Under the pieces are notes generated by a model. That model searched no databases and was not told the origin of the DNA. It worked only from the letters and a program-made list of their open reading frames with translations. Below, piece by piece: positions 51,326 through 64,000 of a DNA stretch of 64,000 bases. Where the stretch lies: NCBI GenBank assembly GCA_003971905.1, contig RSEE01000014.1:1-64000 (forward strand). Reading direction: 5' to 3'. The stretch's first letter is position 1. Each line of letters starts with the position of its first letter. Source of the DNA: Moniliella sp. 'wahieum' (Eukaryota). The position numbers were made by a program, and so were the translations under genes.

Positions 51326-53841
51326 CGTGTTGAGACAGTCAAGAGGACGAAGAAAGGAGGAGTGGAAAGGGTGGAGAGAAGGGGTTGATGTAAGGTCGCT
51401 GGAGAGTCGAGGAGTACACCGAGCCAGTCAAGAGATCGTCGCGCCCGTAGGGGAGATCAATCTGCAGTCTACAAGGTGACGAGGTTGGGAAAGAAGAAGG
51501 GGGGAGGCGCCGAGCCGTACTTTGGCGAAAGTCGTCTGCGAGGCGGAGCTGAGAAGGGATGCAAGCACGGTTAGTATCCAGTGTCGAGGCTCATGGTGCA
51601 AAGAGTCCCGCCATCGTCACCCCCGTGGCACCATTCACCACAACCACTCAGAGCGCTTCAGCAGCAGCAGAAGCGAGATGCGGGTGAACAGCAAGGCCAG
51701 CGAGGGCGCCAGAGACACGACTACCACCAAACACCTTGGGAGGATGGGCTACTCACGAGCTGGTGGTGAGGAAGGGAAGGGCAGGAACGGCATGCCACCC
51801 AGAAACGGGAGGCACAGACGGGGGGGGCAGGGCAGGCATGGGACCAGTGTGCGGCTGACTTGGGGCGCGGGAGCGGGGCCGAGGGACGACAGGGGATGGC
51901 AGTCTACGGCAGCTCGCAGGGGAGACTGCGCTGCCAGATGATCGATGAAACTATGAAGCTTGAAGGGGGCAAGGCACACAGGCGCCGAGCAGAAGCTCAT
52001 GGCCGAACTCCAAGGGCAGTGTGCTGGTGCCTGCTGGGGCAGCCCTCGCGCCTCCTCAGGACGGAGACGCCGTGGGACGGGAGCGGCGCTCCGCCTGCCT
52101 GCCTGTGCCCTCGTGTACCTCGGGTACCCCATAGCCCTGGAGTGGGCCTGAGAAGTCACAGTGACTAGGGACTAGGGACTAGTGACTAGTGACTAGAGTG
52201 ACTGAGCCTCGATAATGATGGGGACGGGTGGCCGCCACCGGTGACCGCCCGAGTAGGGAGTGTCGCTATATATAACCACCAGCGAGAAGAAAGGCGTGGG
52301 GGCACTGTGGTGGATATGATAGCAGACGCTGTGGCAAGCATACTCATGCACGCATGACACTGCCCCCGCGGGAGGCAGTCCGGCCCCAAACTAAAAGCCC
52401 TCACCGGCACCGGGCCTCACCAGCTCACTCACTATCAATCTGACTAGTACTGCCCTGCCCTTGCGCGTTCTTAGCTCGGCTCAGCCTGAGCGCTCAACCG
52501 AAGAGGCACAGGGGGAAGTGACCCACTCGGCAATGCACTACCGCGGTATCGGGGTTAGTTTGTGTTCGAGTGCGCGCTTAGGATTTCGCCATTGCGAGTG
52601 CATATACGCTGGCGCTGTGCTCGGTGAGGCCTTGAGGCGATCAGGTGCTTCGTCCGAGCGAATTGTTTGCTACATCAGCCATAGGACCTAGGGGCAGATG
52701 TGCTTAATGTGCTCAATCTGCTCGTCTAGCTTCCACTATGCGCTACGCCAGAAAGAGCCTTTACTGTCCAGAATAAGATGATTGCGCTCCTCTACTGCTG
52801 CTTCCGACGGCACAGGATTGCGTGGTGAAAAGGTATCACGACAGATTGTGGTTTCACGATCGTACAGCTCCACGAGCTCTGTTATTCTCAGTTCGATTCT
52901 GGGCGCAGTCATTCTTTTTGTTTTACTCTTTTTTCATAGCACCTGGTCTCCCCGCCGTCCTTAGCTTGTCCTTCGTGAACGGCAGAGCAGCTATTGGTTG
53001 GAGGCAGTTTCGAGGTAGCAAGTATATAGATCAGCCTCAGCGCTCAACCGGAGGAACATGCATCATGCACCCCACTCCTCCACCTCATGTCATGTCATCA
53101 TTGGCGACTGACTGCAGTGAGGCTCGCTCCGATTTCCTATTCTGCATTCCGCACATCTCGCTCTCTTTTTCCGTTTCCCCATTTGCCCATGTTCCCTGCC
53201 CGACGCCACAAGACGCCTCTTGTTTCCTCCCACGAACGATCGCACCATTCTCCCTCTTTTCTGACTGAACATTTGGTCTCTCTCGCTTCGACCCAATTGT
53301 GTTAACTATTATCGTTCATCACTCTCATCCGGCGAGCCCGACCAAGATGTCCGCGACCCCCAACCAGCAGGATCGCAGTAGTAACCCTGCCAGTAACCCT
53401 CTCGTTCTGTGCGGGGGCCGTACGCGTTGGGCGCCTCGGATGATGGTGATGGTGGCGGAGGTATTGGCGGTGGCGAGGAAGCGAAACATGGCGCCCCGGC
53501 TAGCGCCCCCGATGGCTCAAGACCCTTCTCTCACGGCTGTGCCCCCTACAACCGCAAAGGCGCTGGACGAGCTGCAGGCAGAGAAACGCTGCGAAGACTG
53601 AGCCTATGAGGCCGAGAAGATTCGCGACGATAGGGCCCACATTCAGTTCCGGAGGGAGGCCATGTTGGAGGAGAAAAGGGCCGAGGCCACAGCAGCCGTG
53701 GAGATGTTGCAGCTGTCGCAGATGATCAACAGCCAGCCCGCGCCCTCCTAATAGCGGTGGCTCTGTCAATGAGCAACGCCCGCCTTACCGAGGGCCGAGC
53801 CGGCCGCGTCCCAGCCTGCACGTACGTCTCGAGACCTGAAG

Positions 53842-54760
53842 ATGTTTGAACCGGTCCATTTCCGCCCGTCTTCCAGTGCCCACCCCAGCAAGAGTGACCG
53901 GACTTCGGCTGAAGAGGTGGTTACTTCCTTCGAAATCTACGCTCGCATCGCCCTTGGTCGCCAAGCTGACGATGAAGAAAAGATTGACTGGTTCATGGGA
54001 TTGATGCAGGGTGGAGCTCTTCAGTGGATCCGGCAGTATAGCTCGGAGGTTGAGCTACCTCTCAATCGACGCACCTCACCTGAACTCCAGTCGTGGCCGG
54101 CCTTTCGGGCTGCATTCTTGGCGTATTGGGGTGAACGGGCCCCGCAGCACCCCTACAGCGCGGACAATGGGAAATGGACCCAAGTCGCGAAAGTCCAGGC
54201 CGTGGGAGCAACGTTGGGTGCACAAGTATCCATTGCGACGGAGCAACACTGGGTGGCCGTCTCCAAGGGAATTATGTCGGTGCGACATCAAAGAGCGTGG
54301 AGCCGAAACCGCACATATTCTACAGCGGTCCGCTTATCTGGAATATCGGGCGCTGAGCCAGGAGGGGTCAGCATCTGACTATGCCGCCCAATTCGTACGT
54401 CTACTGCGATGCTGGAGCCCTAACGCAACTCACGAGCAGTTCTATTGGGACTTCCTTCATGGGCTCCAACCGCGAGTGCGGGACGAACTTGCCGCTCGTG
54501 GTGAGTCCACACATGTCGACCGAGTGTCATTTGAACAGCTGGTTACGGCGGCCATCGACATCGACGAGTCCCAGGCGTTGAGCTTGCGCAGTATACCCGA
54601 GCCAGTGGGCAGTACCGACGTCGATCCGCAGATCACAGCGAGGGCGGTGCGGTACTGTCAGCGGAGAGCGCAGGGGTCCTGCTACTACTGCGGTTCCCGG
54701 GAACACCACATTTCTCACTGCCCGCTTGCGAGCTCATTACCGCCTCTCCAGTCCGGATGA
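53842..54760 (+). mobile_element. Ty3/Gypsy-like gag (capsid plus CCHC), interrupted, no pol
   Basis: KIDWFMGLMQGGALQW, SWPAFRAAFLAYW, LSQEGSASDYAAQF, FLHGLQPRVRDEL and CYYCGSREHHISHC. Confidence 0.88.
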
Positions 54761-54761
54761 C

Positions 54762-54850
54762 TGTCATCCAGGGGGCCCGAGGTGGGACCCGCCCTTTTAG
54801 TTAGAGGTATGAACTTACGAACCCTTCGACGTCCAATTGGAGACGTGTAC
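54762..54850. mobile_element. Terminal fragment of the same LTR-like family, inverted relative to A and B
   Basis: TGTCA start. CCGAGGTGGGACCC (54777-54790) is the exact reverse complement of 39224-39237, and flanking similarity continues. Confidence 0.6.
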
Positions 54851-55030
54851 AGTATATCTGGCTTTTCAAACACTGAAGTGACCGTGGCACATATGGTAGG
54901 GAAGTATAGGATGTTTACAGAGGTTACAATAAGCTAAAGCACAAGCAAGGGCGCTAATGTTTAGGTGCAGTCGGTGCACTGCGGACAAAGGGCTTAGCCA
55001 CGACTAAAATAGGTGCAATGGCTACCGCTT

Positions 55031-57110
55031 TCAACTAAAAGAAGTGAGCTCCGCCAGGCCGTGCGTCGCTATTAGGACTGTGCCTAATGGCCCAAGTCGA
55101 AGATTTGAGGGATGCATTGTGCTCGGCCTCGAAAAACACATCAACCGTATTGTTTGTGGGATCCAGGAGATGTGTAGCTCTTCCGCGACTAGCCTTCGTA
55201 CATCTCCACGTACATCTCCCAGAGGTAGGGTCTGAGCCGTAAGTTGGCGCTGGCAACCAAGTCGTAGGTTCGGAGCCGGAAGCCGTCCCTCTCGTTGTAG
55301 CAAATAGACTGCCGACGAGGTGCACTTGGCATCCTCGATGGGCAATACATCCGTCTTACGATCGCGTACAACGGTACGGGGGAAGAGGTACCCTTGCTCA
55401 ATGACAGAAGTTCGAAGGCTCGGGCGGCTGGTCGTCAGAGGATAGACACGTATCTGCTTTGCACCACCCGCAAACGAGTAATCCAACGCAATGCAGAGAC
55501 TTTCAACGGTCAACACAGCGCGACCATCATCCACAGATAAACGAGGAGCAGTTGATTTCCCATCAAAGAAAAATGGACATAAACCGAGCCATGGTTCCGT
55601 CGTCCAGATTGAGCAACACAATTCGCCCCCCCGCATATGCAATCACCAAAACTCGGTACTTGTTATCCAGGCCCATACTAATCGGCGGATCCGTGTACTT
55701 CGCAGATTGAGGCAAATTGTTGGCTGGTGTTTCACGTAGGGAGGAGAGACTGAGGGCCTCCCTCACATAAGCCAGGGGGGTCCTTCCTCTCCTCTCCCGT
55801 ATGGTGTCAGATCCAACCCTCGGTGGCCGCGGCCAGTACGTGCTGCTGTCGTCACTGTCACTTAGCCATAGCCCAGCCATTGCACGACGCCCTGACAAGG
55901 GGCTCGTACGACTTTGAAGAAAAAATACCTCCAGCCTTTTTTGCTGGTGGAGGGGGCTGGTCCACCTGTCCCGTAGGAAATCAGTCCCAAGCAAAGGGAC
56001 TTCCACTTTCCATCGCCAGATTCCGTTACGCGAAAAACAATGAATCGCGCTCCGATTCTCAACGTCAAGTACCCTCAATGCATCAGTCCCGAGAACATTC
56101 CTCACCGTTGCCACGTACACCCGTTCGGCATCATGGGTAAAGGTGGCCACCCTCCCTTCTAATACCTCGTTGAGAAGGGGATGAAGCACGATGCTGTTTC
56201 CACTTTTCAGGTCGTAACAGATCACCTCCTGGCTCGCTTCCGGGGACACCAACAGCAGGTCCTCCCCAAGCTCAGCCTGGGTGTAGTGCAGGCAGGCCAT
56301 CTCTTGCGGCAAAGGAACTGGGTCAGTGTACACCCTTTCTTGGAACCACTCCGGTACAATGACCTGGTGCCTCCGGAGCAAAACTGAAGAGGTATTGCGA
56401 GGTAACACAAACATCTTCGCCCACTTGGAGATCCCGCGTCCACAGCACATCCAGCGAATCCAGATTGAGTGTTGTTACCCTGCTCCCTTGGAAATAAGCA
56501 CCAAAATACGATGCGACCGAAGAATCGCATCCTCGTGTCAGCATTGCTAGGGTGGACGTCGTGGACGAGTTGCTGGAACCGCTGTACCGGCACCACAGCA
56601 ATACGACCCTTTTTACCATGAGGTAGGCGACCAAGATAGTATTGTTGCAAATAATGGATCTGGACGAGTGCCTTCCAATTGCGCGCAAAATGCATATAAC
56701 CTCCTGTTTCGTCCTCATCTTGAACCGCCTCCAATGAGGTGTCGGGTGGAACAAAAGTTTGGTGTGCGCGTGTGCTCCAAATCTCGTCCGAGTCGAGCAA
56801 ACGATTGAGAATGGCTGGCCTGGCTCAATGTTGCTAGATCTTTGACAGACACAAGGGGACTAGAGAGGATCTGCGCGACGATCTCAAGAGGCAGACGGAG
56901 AGAATCATAGGAGTAAGAGGGTTCTGTGTTTGCCACTCGATTATCTTTCGAGGCTTTGGAACACCTCTTTGGCTCATCCACATGTCTTCCGAACGGAGCA
57001 AACAGTGGAGATCGTGGCTGGCCTTGCTTAGTGCAGTTATCTTTCAATTCCACATGGGGGCTGGAAAGAATCTGTGCGACAATGCAAGGCGGTAGACGGA
57101 GGAGGATCAT
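55031..57110 (-). CDS. F-box protein with duplicated F-box motif, frameshifted
   Basis: LLRLPPCIVAQILSSPHVELKD and SLRLPLEIVAQILSSPLVSVKDLATLSQAS, followed by protein-like overlapping ORFs down to 55031. Confidence 0.75.
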
Positions 57111-57488
57111 TTGGTGAGGATATATATGAACGTGTATACCACAATTCTGGTTTGTTATCGACGACCGTTATTGTTGTTTTGCACAAAAGTCCTCTTCGTG
57201 GCTCTTCGAGTTGGGTTTAAACGAGGTAGGGTGGTGGAGGGGTTGTTTTGGCTTGGTTTTGTCGATGGAGGAGAGAAGGCAATGAGAGGGAGAAGCGTGG
57301 AACGACAGCTGCCCTCTTTTAGTATAACCTCACTACAGTTGTCCTCTCAACCTCCTCCTCGGATTGGCCCTCTCCATCCTAGACAGCAGCAAAAAGAGTC
57401 ACGCGGGGGTTCTCATATGCAAAAACAGCTCACACCTCAAGAGTGCATCCCCTCTTTCCGTTTAGGTCAGAAGTCTGTGCACGTCTCA

Positions 57489-58335
57489 TGTTATTGGGCG
57501 CTCCGGTCATCGACTCTCCGGACACCGAGCCCCCCATTTCGTATAGACCTCTCATCGAAGCACACGCCACCCCCAAGACACATGTGAGTAAGAGTCACTA
57601 GTCAGCACGGACCACTTGCCGCTGATATTTTCCGCGGAGAGCCAAGAGAGGACCGGACTTAGCGGTACGAAGCTTCGTATCCGTCGCATCCGGTCTTGAT
57701 AGAACTCCACATCGACTGCGGCCCACGGGCTGGCAGTTTGGGCAGAACAGGCCGCCCTTTACCTTTTACTACTGTAGATTCCCCTTCAATTTCTTCTGTT
57801 GATGCCTGTTCTATAAGCAGCCCGGTCTGCGGCTTGCTGGCGGTGATCCTCACCGCCCGACCCACGTCTACCCCCGTCTACCCACCTCTATACCCCCTAC
57901 TTTTCCCTCTTTACTCTTCGAGCTTCACCCTACCCTTATACGCTTATTACGAATTTACGACTTACGTCGAGCACTCTGCAAGCCGCGGTTACTCTCATCA
58001 GTAGCGCTTGCTCTTCTTTAGGACTCTTTCTGTTTCCGCCAACTACAGCGTACTGAGTGTGGTAACGCCGCGAGGAACAGAGTATAACTTCGGAGATCCT
58101 GGACCCCTTCAACTGGTCTTAGATCTTACGACGTACGAACACAGCCCCTACCTTGGAGGGTCTGAGCTGCGGTCTTTGCACGCACGCAGCCACCCAAACT
58201 AGAGGGTCTCTCCCTTGCCTCTACGTACACCCGCTCGGTTCAACCAAGATCTGAAGTAGGACCTATATAACGTAAGTAACTCTATAATGCCATGTCCAAG
58301 GGCTTTCACCCCGAGACGGAGCTCGACCCATGACA
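57489..58335. mobile_element. Solo-LTR-like element B (TGTTA...TGACA)
   Basis: Homologous to 38175-39261 in the same orientation, lacking the ~280 bp present at 38540-38820. Confidence 0.7.
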
Positions 58336-58787
58336 TATCCACACAAATGTGCTGATAGTATACCAGAGGAGAAAAGATCACTAGATCACTGCCGCACTAA
58401 GAGCAACAACTGATGAATACAACAGATGAAATACATTAGCGTAACTAATACTTGATGGATGTTACTCACGAGCCCAGTATATGGGTGACCATCATGGACA
58501 TGTGGATGCGTATACTCTACACTTTCACCTTGGGGTGCTGACGAAAAGTCCACGGAGCCCGAGAGAGGATGATCTGTGCGATTTATGGACGAAGTGCCCT
58601 CCCCTCTTCCCCCTTCCGTAGTGTGGAATCCGAATGGGTCGGCACGACACGTTAACCACATTCATATTACGCATTGTTCTCCTGGTTGCCATTGTGTCTC
58701 CACAACGCAACATCAGCAAGTTCATGACTGCCAGGTGGTTGGGCACCGGACGCACGCCCGCGGGAGTGTACATCACACAGGAGTCGG

Positions 58788-60157
58788 TTACCTGAATTCA
58801 GCAAGTCGCACAGGATGCCGCGGTGTGGGGAGAGGCAGAGTTGACAAAGTGGTTAAGCACGTAGCGCTGCACCGCCAACGTCCCATCCCGTCTTTCTTGA
58901 ACTCATCCAGCAGCTCCCGGACCCCGGAGACGAAATCGGGGAGTGGCCTCTTACGTTTCTTGATTACTTGTCCCTGCCGAGTCCTCCAGAATCTTGCGGT
59001 ACTTAGACAAGGAAAGGAGGCGTCCTTCAAAAACTTGTCGTTCACCCCCGTCTGTCTGCTCTCGGTCGTCGGCCCGACCTTCGTTCTGGACGACCATATC
59101 GAGCTAGTGATCGACTTCGTGCCTAGCTTCGACGCTTGAACGTAGATTCCCTTCCGTCTTAATGTATTCGCCAGTTAGTCAATCGCCTTGGTGCACACTC
59201 AACACAATACCATTAGAGCCTCGTATACGTACCAAACAGTCAGTCACGTTCTCCGCCAATGTATTTGTACCCCATTGCCGTCCGCAGTCGCAAAACCAAA
59301 AGCACACGTGAGCAGTCATGCCCATAACTGAAGCCATCATTGGCGGCTACGTTGTCGCCCTTAATTATCGGCAACACGGGGCTGTACAAGGATCCATGCC
59401 TCGGTAGTCGAATCCCATACAGGGATGAGCTCCTCGTGATACTGCGTGTGTGTATGTTCGAAAAGCATTAGCATGCTGCCTTTCCCACCAGGAATCACAG
59501 TGGCTTGACAAGCAACTGGGCCTAGGGAGTAATACTCACTCCTGTTTGACCAGCTGTGCTCACACAACGGGAGGAGAGACTTTGCTGTTTGGAATGCAAA
59601 CAAGAAAAGGTTCTTTGTCATACCTATAGACCCGGTCCGTGGTATGTGCATGTTGCCCAGAAGCAGAGGCTGTTAAGAGAGCTTGGCCAATTGGATACAT
59701 TGTCTGCAAAACCATTGGCCCATCCCTCCACCTGGAGACGGACCAGTTCTTTCGGTCACAGGCCGTGGCACTGAGGGTGCTGATGCCCTTCTTCATTTCC
59801 TCCCCGTCCCACGTGCCTATGTCGTGCCAGGATGGAAGTCAGTAAGCCAAAAGAGTTTCCGCTGCGCGCTGGAGTGCAAGGCAATTTACTGATGGCCGTC
59901 ATTGAGGTGCAGCTTTTGGTCATGTTCACCTAGGCAAGAAAGACGGTACGTGTCGTTTTGCATGTGAACTTCAACAGTTTGGTCGTCTCGTCCTGGACCG
60001 AGTTGGCCCCGATGTTGTTCCACAAGTCACTGTCGGCGTCGTGTTGCCACACGACGGGAAAGATAGGCGCGGTAATAACGAGCAGGTGAACAGGCTCACC
60101 AAGGTACATGTGAATAGCCAGATGGCGTGGATGCGTATTGACCATCGGCTCAATCAC
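58788..60157 (-). pseudogene. Possible fragmented hypothetical gene
   Basis: Chain of protein-like minus-strand ORFs (59930..60157, 59560..59796, 59361..59651, 58788..59045). No motif recognised. Confidence 0.25.
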
Positions 60158-61539
60158 TTGTGTTTCCGATCAGATCTCATCGTCCCTTTTTGTGTGGTTC
60201 TTCTATGAACTCGCCCCTGAGGACCTGGACCATGTCCTGGACGACCAGGGCTTGGGATACTGTGACATCTTGGAGCGGATGGAAGGGTTCGAGGACATGT
60301 ACTATGAGCTGGAAAATGCGGTCGACCGAAGAACACAATGTACATCGTTTTCTGATACAAACTGGATGCTCCGATGCACACGAGACTGGTGCACCTTCTC
60401 AATTGCCTTAGTTTTGTTGAGCGAGTAAAGAGACAATTTCCCTTCGGTCTTGCCCGCGACTTGGTGCGAATGTGGTCTTCTCTCGCAACGAGATAGTTGG
60501 ACTAGAGTATTCGTGCTGTATATAGCTGCTGTCACGACTATCTCAAGTGCACAACTTAAAATAATCTATATATGGAACGCCCAGGCTGTAGGGGGGCGCC
60601 TAGAGCTAGCAGTGGCGTGGGGGGGCAACACTGGCGCCATGCGGGTGGACCACCGGTGGTTGCGCCTATAACCGCACGCAGCTGCGCCGATGCGCTTGCC
60701 TCTCGACTACCACCACCACCACCACCGCCCCTTTCTCTCTGGCCACACATCGTGCTACCGGAGCTGGCGACATGTGTCCGGCTCGTTGCGCTGTCATTAT
60801 ATGCCCCCCCGCCGACGCGCTTGCTGTGCTAGCGCCTGGCCTCGGTATGTCCACGCCCTCCGGCGGATGCCTGTCGCACTGACTCGTCTATGCGCAGCTG
60901 ACGGAAGAGTCGACCACGCCTGGTGGCATGGTCTTGCCTGGTATCCTTAGCGTCAAGATATCGGCCGTGGCTCCCAACAGCGAGTTGAACATCAACGACA
61001 AGGGCGCTTTTCGAGCGGACGATCGACGGCGACGGTTGCCCCGCTGGGGCTCGACGGTCAGTACCTGTGTTTTGTCATTGTCCACCCATGCACTGATAAC
61101 ACCTTTGAGCAGGATGACTGGAGATGGCGCTCAAGTGCTGCAACAACGAACCCGGAAGATGCGCAGGCTTGCGCACAGATCGTCCACTGTATATGGTCGC
61201 CTGTTGTCTCATTCTCTCTTTTTCAAACGCGATGACGCTTCACCCGCCCGTGCGACCTGGCCCTTGGATCTTGATTTTTACCCTTCGGTACCATTTCATC
61301 TCGGTGGTTCCATGATGTTTTCCCTTCGGGATTAAGCGATGAAGGCGATGTCTTTGGCTGCCGCCGGCCTGAGGCTCCCATAACAACCTGCCGTTGCCTT
61401 GGCGCATTTCTCGTCTCCTCTCCATGTCTAACCCTGGCAATGCATGCTTTGAAAAGTAATTCACTGCCTGATCTGACAGCATGTGGTAGACTATTCACCA
61501 CCCTAGCCAACAGCCTGTCCGCAAGATTGCAACCCATTC

Positions 61540-61640
61540 GGGGATACCCGGTGGATAGATGGGGGATATCTGATGGATAGATGGGGGATACCTGATGTAT
61601 AGATGGGGGATACCTGGTGGATAGCTGGGGGCAACCTGGG
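61540..61640. repeat. 22-bp minisatellite x4 plus a partial unit
   Basis: GGGGATACCTGATGGATAGATG variants at 61540, 61562, 61584 and 61606. Confidence 0.9.
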
Positions 61641-63091
61641 AGCATCTGTCGGGCAGATTGTCTCGGCCTTGCGACGATCTTGTCGCCAGCGTCTCCCTTG
61701 TCGCAAGATTGTGGCAACACTGGTGATAGTCTGGCGAACACGACAGTTAATCTTGCGGCAAGGTTCGCGACATCCTTGTAACGGCATATCCGCGCCGTTG
61801 AGCAAGAAAACAGGGCTGATCTGGACAGTAATCGGCAACCCGCCCCTGTAGTATTCACTCGCAGATGTACTTTCTATCTAGCAGAGATATATATGCTTGA
61901 TCAAAGATCAGGCCTGGCTTTGTTCCTCTTCTAACTATAGCACCCTGGAGAGGCCAGCGAAGGGTCAACTTCTGCCATATGTTCGCGAAACAGCACGCTG
62001 GTGATGATGTTCTGGAGACGTAGTGCTCTCGACATCTCCACTACTAGACCCACCTACTACAACAAGCCCATAACCACAACATTCATCCAAAGGCGGGTAG
62101 TGACGCTCTCCAATGAAAGCGATTTGAATAGTAGTACGGTGCGTGAAGTTGAGCTCCTAAAACCACCCTCTACTAACATAAACGCTACATCGTTCAGGTC
62201 CCGGGGAGCTTGAACTGCCTCCGTGGCAACCAAGCGGGCACGATCGCGGCCGGAATGTCTACTTTCGGAGTTTCTCTTACGAAGAGAGCCCCTCCTCTAG
62301 CACCTACTATTGCTAAGGAGCGCATTCGAATCCTGGGACGTACTGGCCGCGCGTCATCACACGCCGCTCTCCATGGCCGCCATGGCCATTAACTCCACCC
62401 AGTGCTCTTCAAGCGCCTCTGTCTCTACGCCCCAACCGACATTCCCTTTTTGAGGGGGAAATGAGACGTGCCTTTTGCAAATTCCCAACTTGTAGGACGA
62501 GTCTGCCCTGTAAGAGAAGTACTCCGTCTTTTGCTGTGGACCAGAGCCTCTGTTGTCCAGCGCTAACCACTGCAACGCGGCATTTTCAGCGTCACCACTG
62601 TCCCCCCATCCGGGCACAAATTGAAGTACGTTGCCGCTCCGTTGTCGCCCAACAGACTATCTAACTGTTCTCGCGCATCGCACCGCAAGCTACCTGTTGC
62701 TGGACTGGTCGAGTGCATGGGGGGGAATTTCTATAGTAGGGAATTGCGGATATGCATCTCTTGCAACTAGGGAACCCCGAAATCTGGACCACTTTGGGTG
62801 TGACCCGTGCGCACCTCACCCGCCACCGCCAGCCACGCCCAAGCAGTCCGGGCGCAAGCCGAAGAGGAGAGGCACTGAGCTAAGAATAAAGAGAGGGGCG
62901 CGGCGCGGCAGGGCAGCCCATTGAGCGGCTGTGCGTGCTCGATGAGAGGAGCGAGGCATTGCAACTACGATCTGCACTACATCTCCTTTTTCAGGCACAC
63001 ACAACTAACTAACAACTCTCCCGGGCCCATCTACATACTTAGCAGTCCGTCCATCCCAGCCAAACGACACCAACCATTGTGCAACTTGCAT

Positions 63092-64000
63092 TCAAGGACC
63101 CGTCTCCATGCGTGTGTCACCATTAGAAAGGGCTACATCCCACAGAGCAAAGTCAGGTGCCGCAGTTACTGCGTTGGCGCCCGGGTTCTGGCTTTGCAGC
63201 AGAGCAGGAGCTTTTGGGTCGTGTCCGAGGACGAAGGGGTGGGCGTGCCACTGGGCGGAACGAGGGTTTCGGACGAAAACTGCACGGTCAGGCGCAGGGG
63301 CGGGCAGGAGTAAGAAGGGCCCTTGGCCTCGGGAACAGCGACGGAGCAGAGCAGAGGCGAGGCAGAGGTAGGCACCGCAAGGGTAGATGCCAGTCGGGTT
63401 CTGCGAAGACTGAGTAACTTTTGCGTCGTATCTGACGATGGCGGGGTCAGCTCGGTACTGGGCGTGACGGGAGTGCTCGACAACTCTCCTGTGGCCGCTT
63501 GGGAGGTACAGAAGCCGTTCCACCGCGGCAGAGCCGGCGGACACGAGTCCGAAGTGGGCTCTGCAACCGTGGGAGGCGTTGCTGAATGGGGGGGGCGGGC
63601 ACAGGCTCGGGTGCAGTTGCCGAAGACTCAGACGCCACATGGACAGCGGCTCAGGTTTGGCATCAACAGTAGAAGAAGCGGCCAAACCTGAGGCAGCAGT
63701 CGAGGCCGGGGTAGGCTCCGCATCAGGGACCGTCACTGAGAATGATTCTCGGCTGGTGCAGAAGCAGAAGCAGGGACTGGAGCTGGAGCCGCAGCCGGAG
63801 ATGTTTCATGCGTAGGAGCTGCAACCGGAGCCGGGGCAGGAGCTGAAGCTGAAGCTGGAGCTGGAGCTGCAGCCGAAGCCGGGGCCTCAGCAGGGGTCGA
63901 GCCGGAGCAGGAGCAGGAACAGGGGCCTCAGCCGGCGCCGGCGCCGGAGCGGAGAAGCCGACGGGGCAGCAGTGAGCGTCGTAGCCGGGGAGGGGCTGGT
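63092..64000 (-). CDS. Pro/Ala/Ser-rich low-complexity ORF, running off the window end
   Basis: Hexamer repeats encoding PA/LQ runs, and the peptide PSSDTTQKLL / SSSDTTQKLL occurring twice. Confidence 0.3.

Noticed and set aside
61540..61640. CRISPR-like array
   Set aside because: Contiguous tandem units without spacers, in a eukaryotic context.

Overview
GC-rich fungal genomic DNA, probably a basidiomycete of the Ustilaginomycotina (inferred from the 5S gene inside the IGS, the 5S sequence and the gene style). The window spans the edge of an rDNA array. It runs through a divergent 28S gene (1-~3220), IGS1 subrepeats and a 5S gene cut off at nt 81, then into a ~23 kb zone of decayed repeats (3850-27250). 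That zone holds four relics of a CRE-clade (Cnl1/MoTeR-like) non-LTR retrotransposon, copies of an unidentified intron-containing gene family and one inositol-polyphosphate kinase gene. An ordinary gene block follows: GDPD, class V aminotransferase, class III chitin synthase, Mid2-like sensor, Eps1-like PDI, sterol-esterase-like lipase and a bHLH factor. Further right are a pol-less gag, an F-box gene and LTR-like repeats. Most notable: three copies of a ~55-70 nt piece of this organism's own 28S rRNA, ending at or near the peptidyl-transferase loop, each followed ~15 nt later by an ATG and a zinc knuckle. In two of them CRE ORF sequence follows, which suggests a 28S-targeting, R2-like retroelement in a fungus. 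Single-base frameshifts affect nearly every gene and look like long-read consensus errors, so gene coordinates are approximate.
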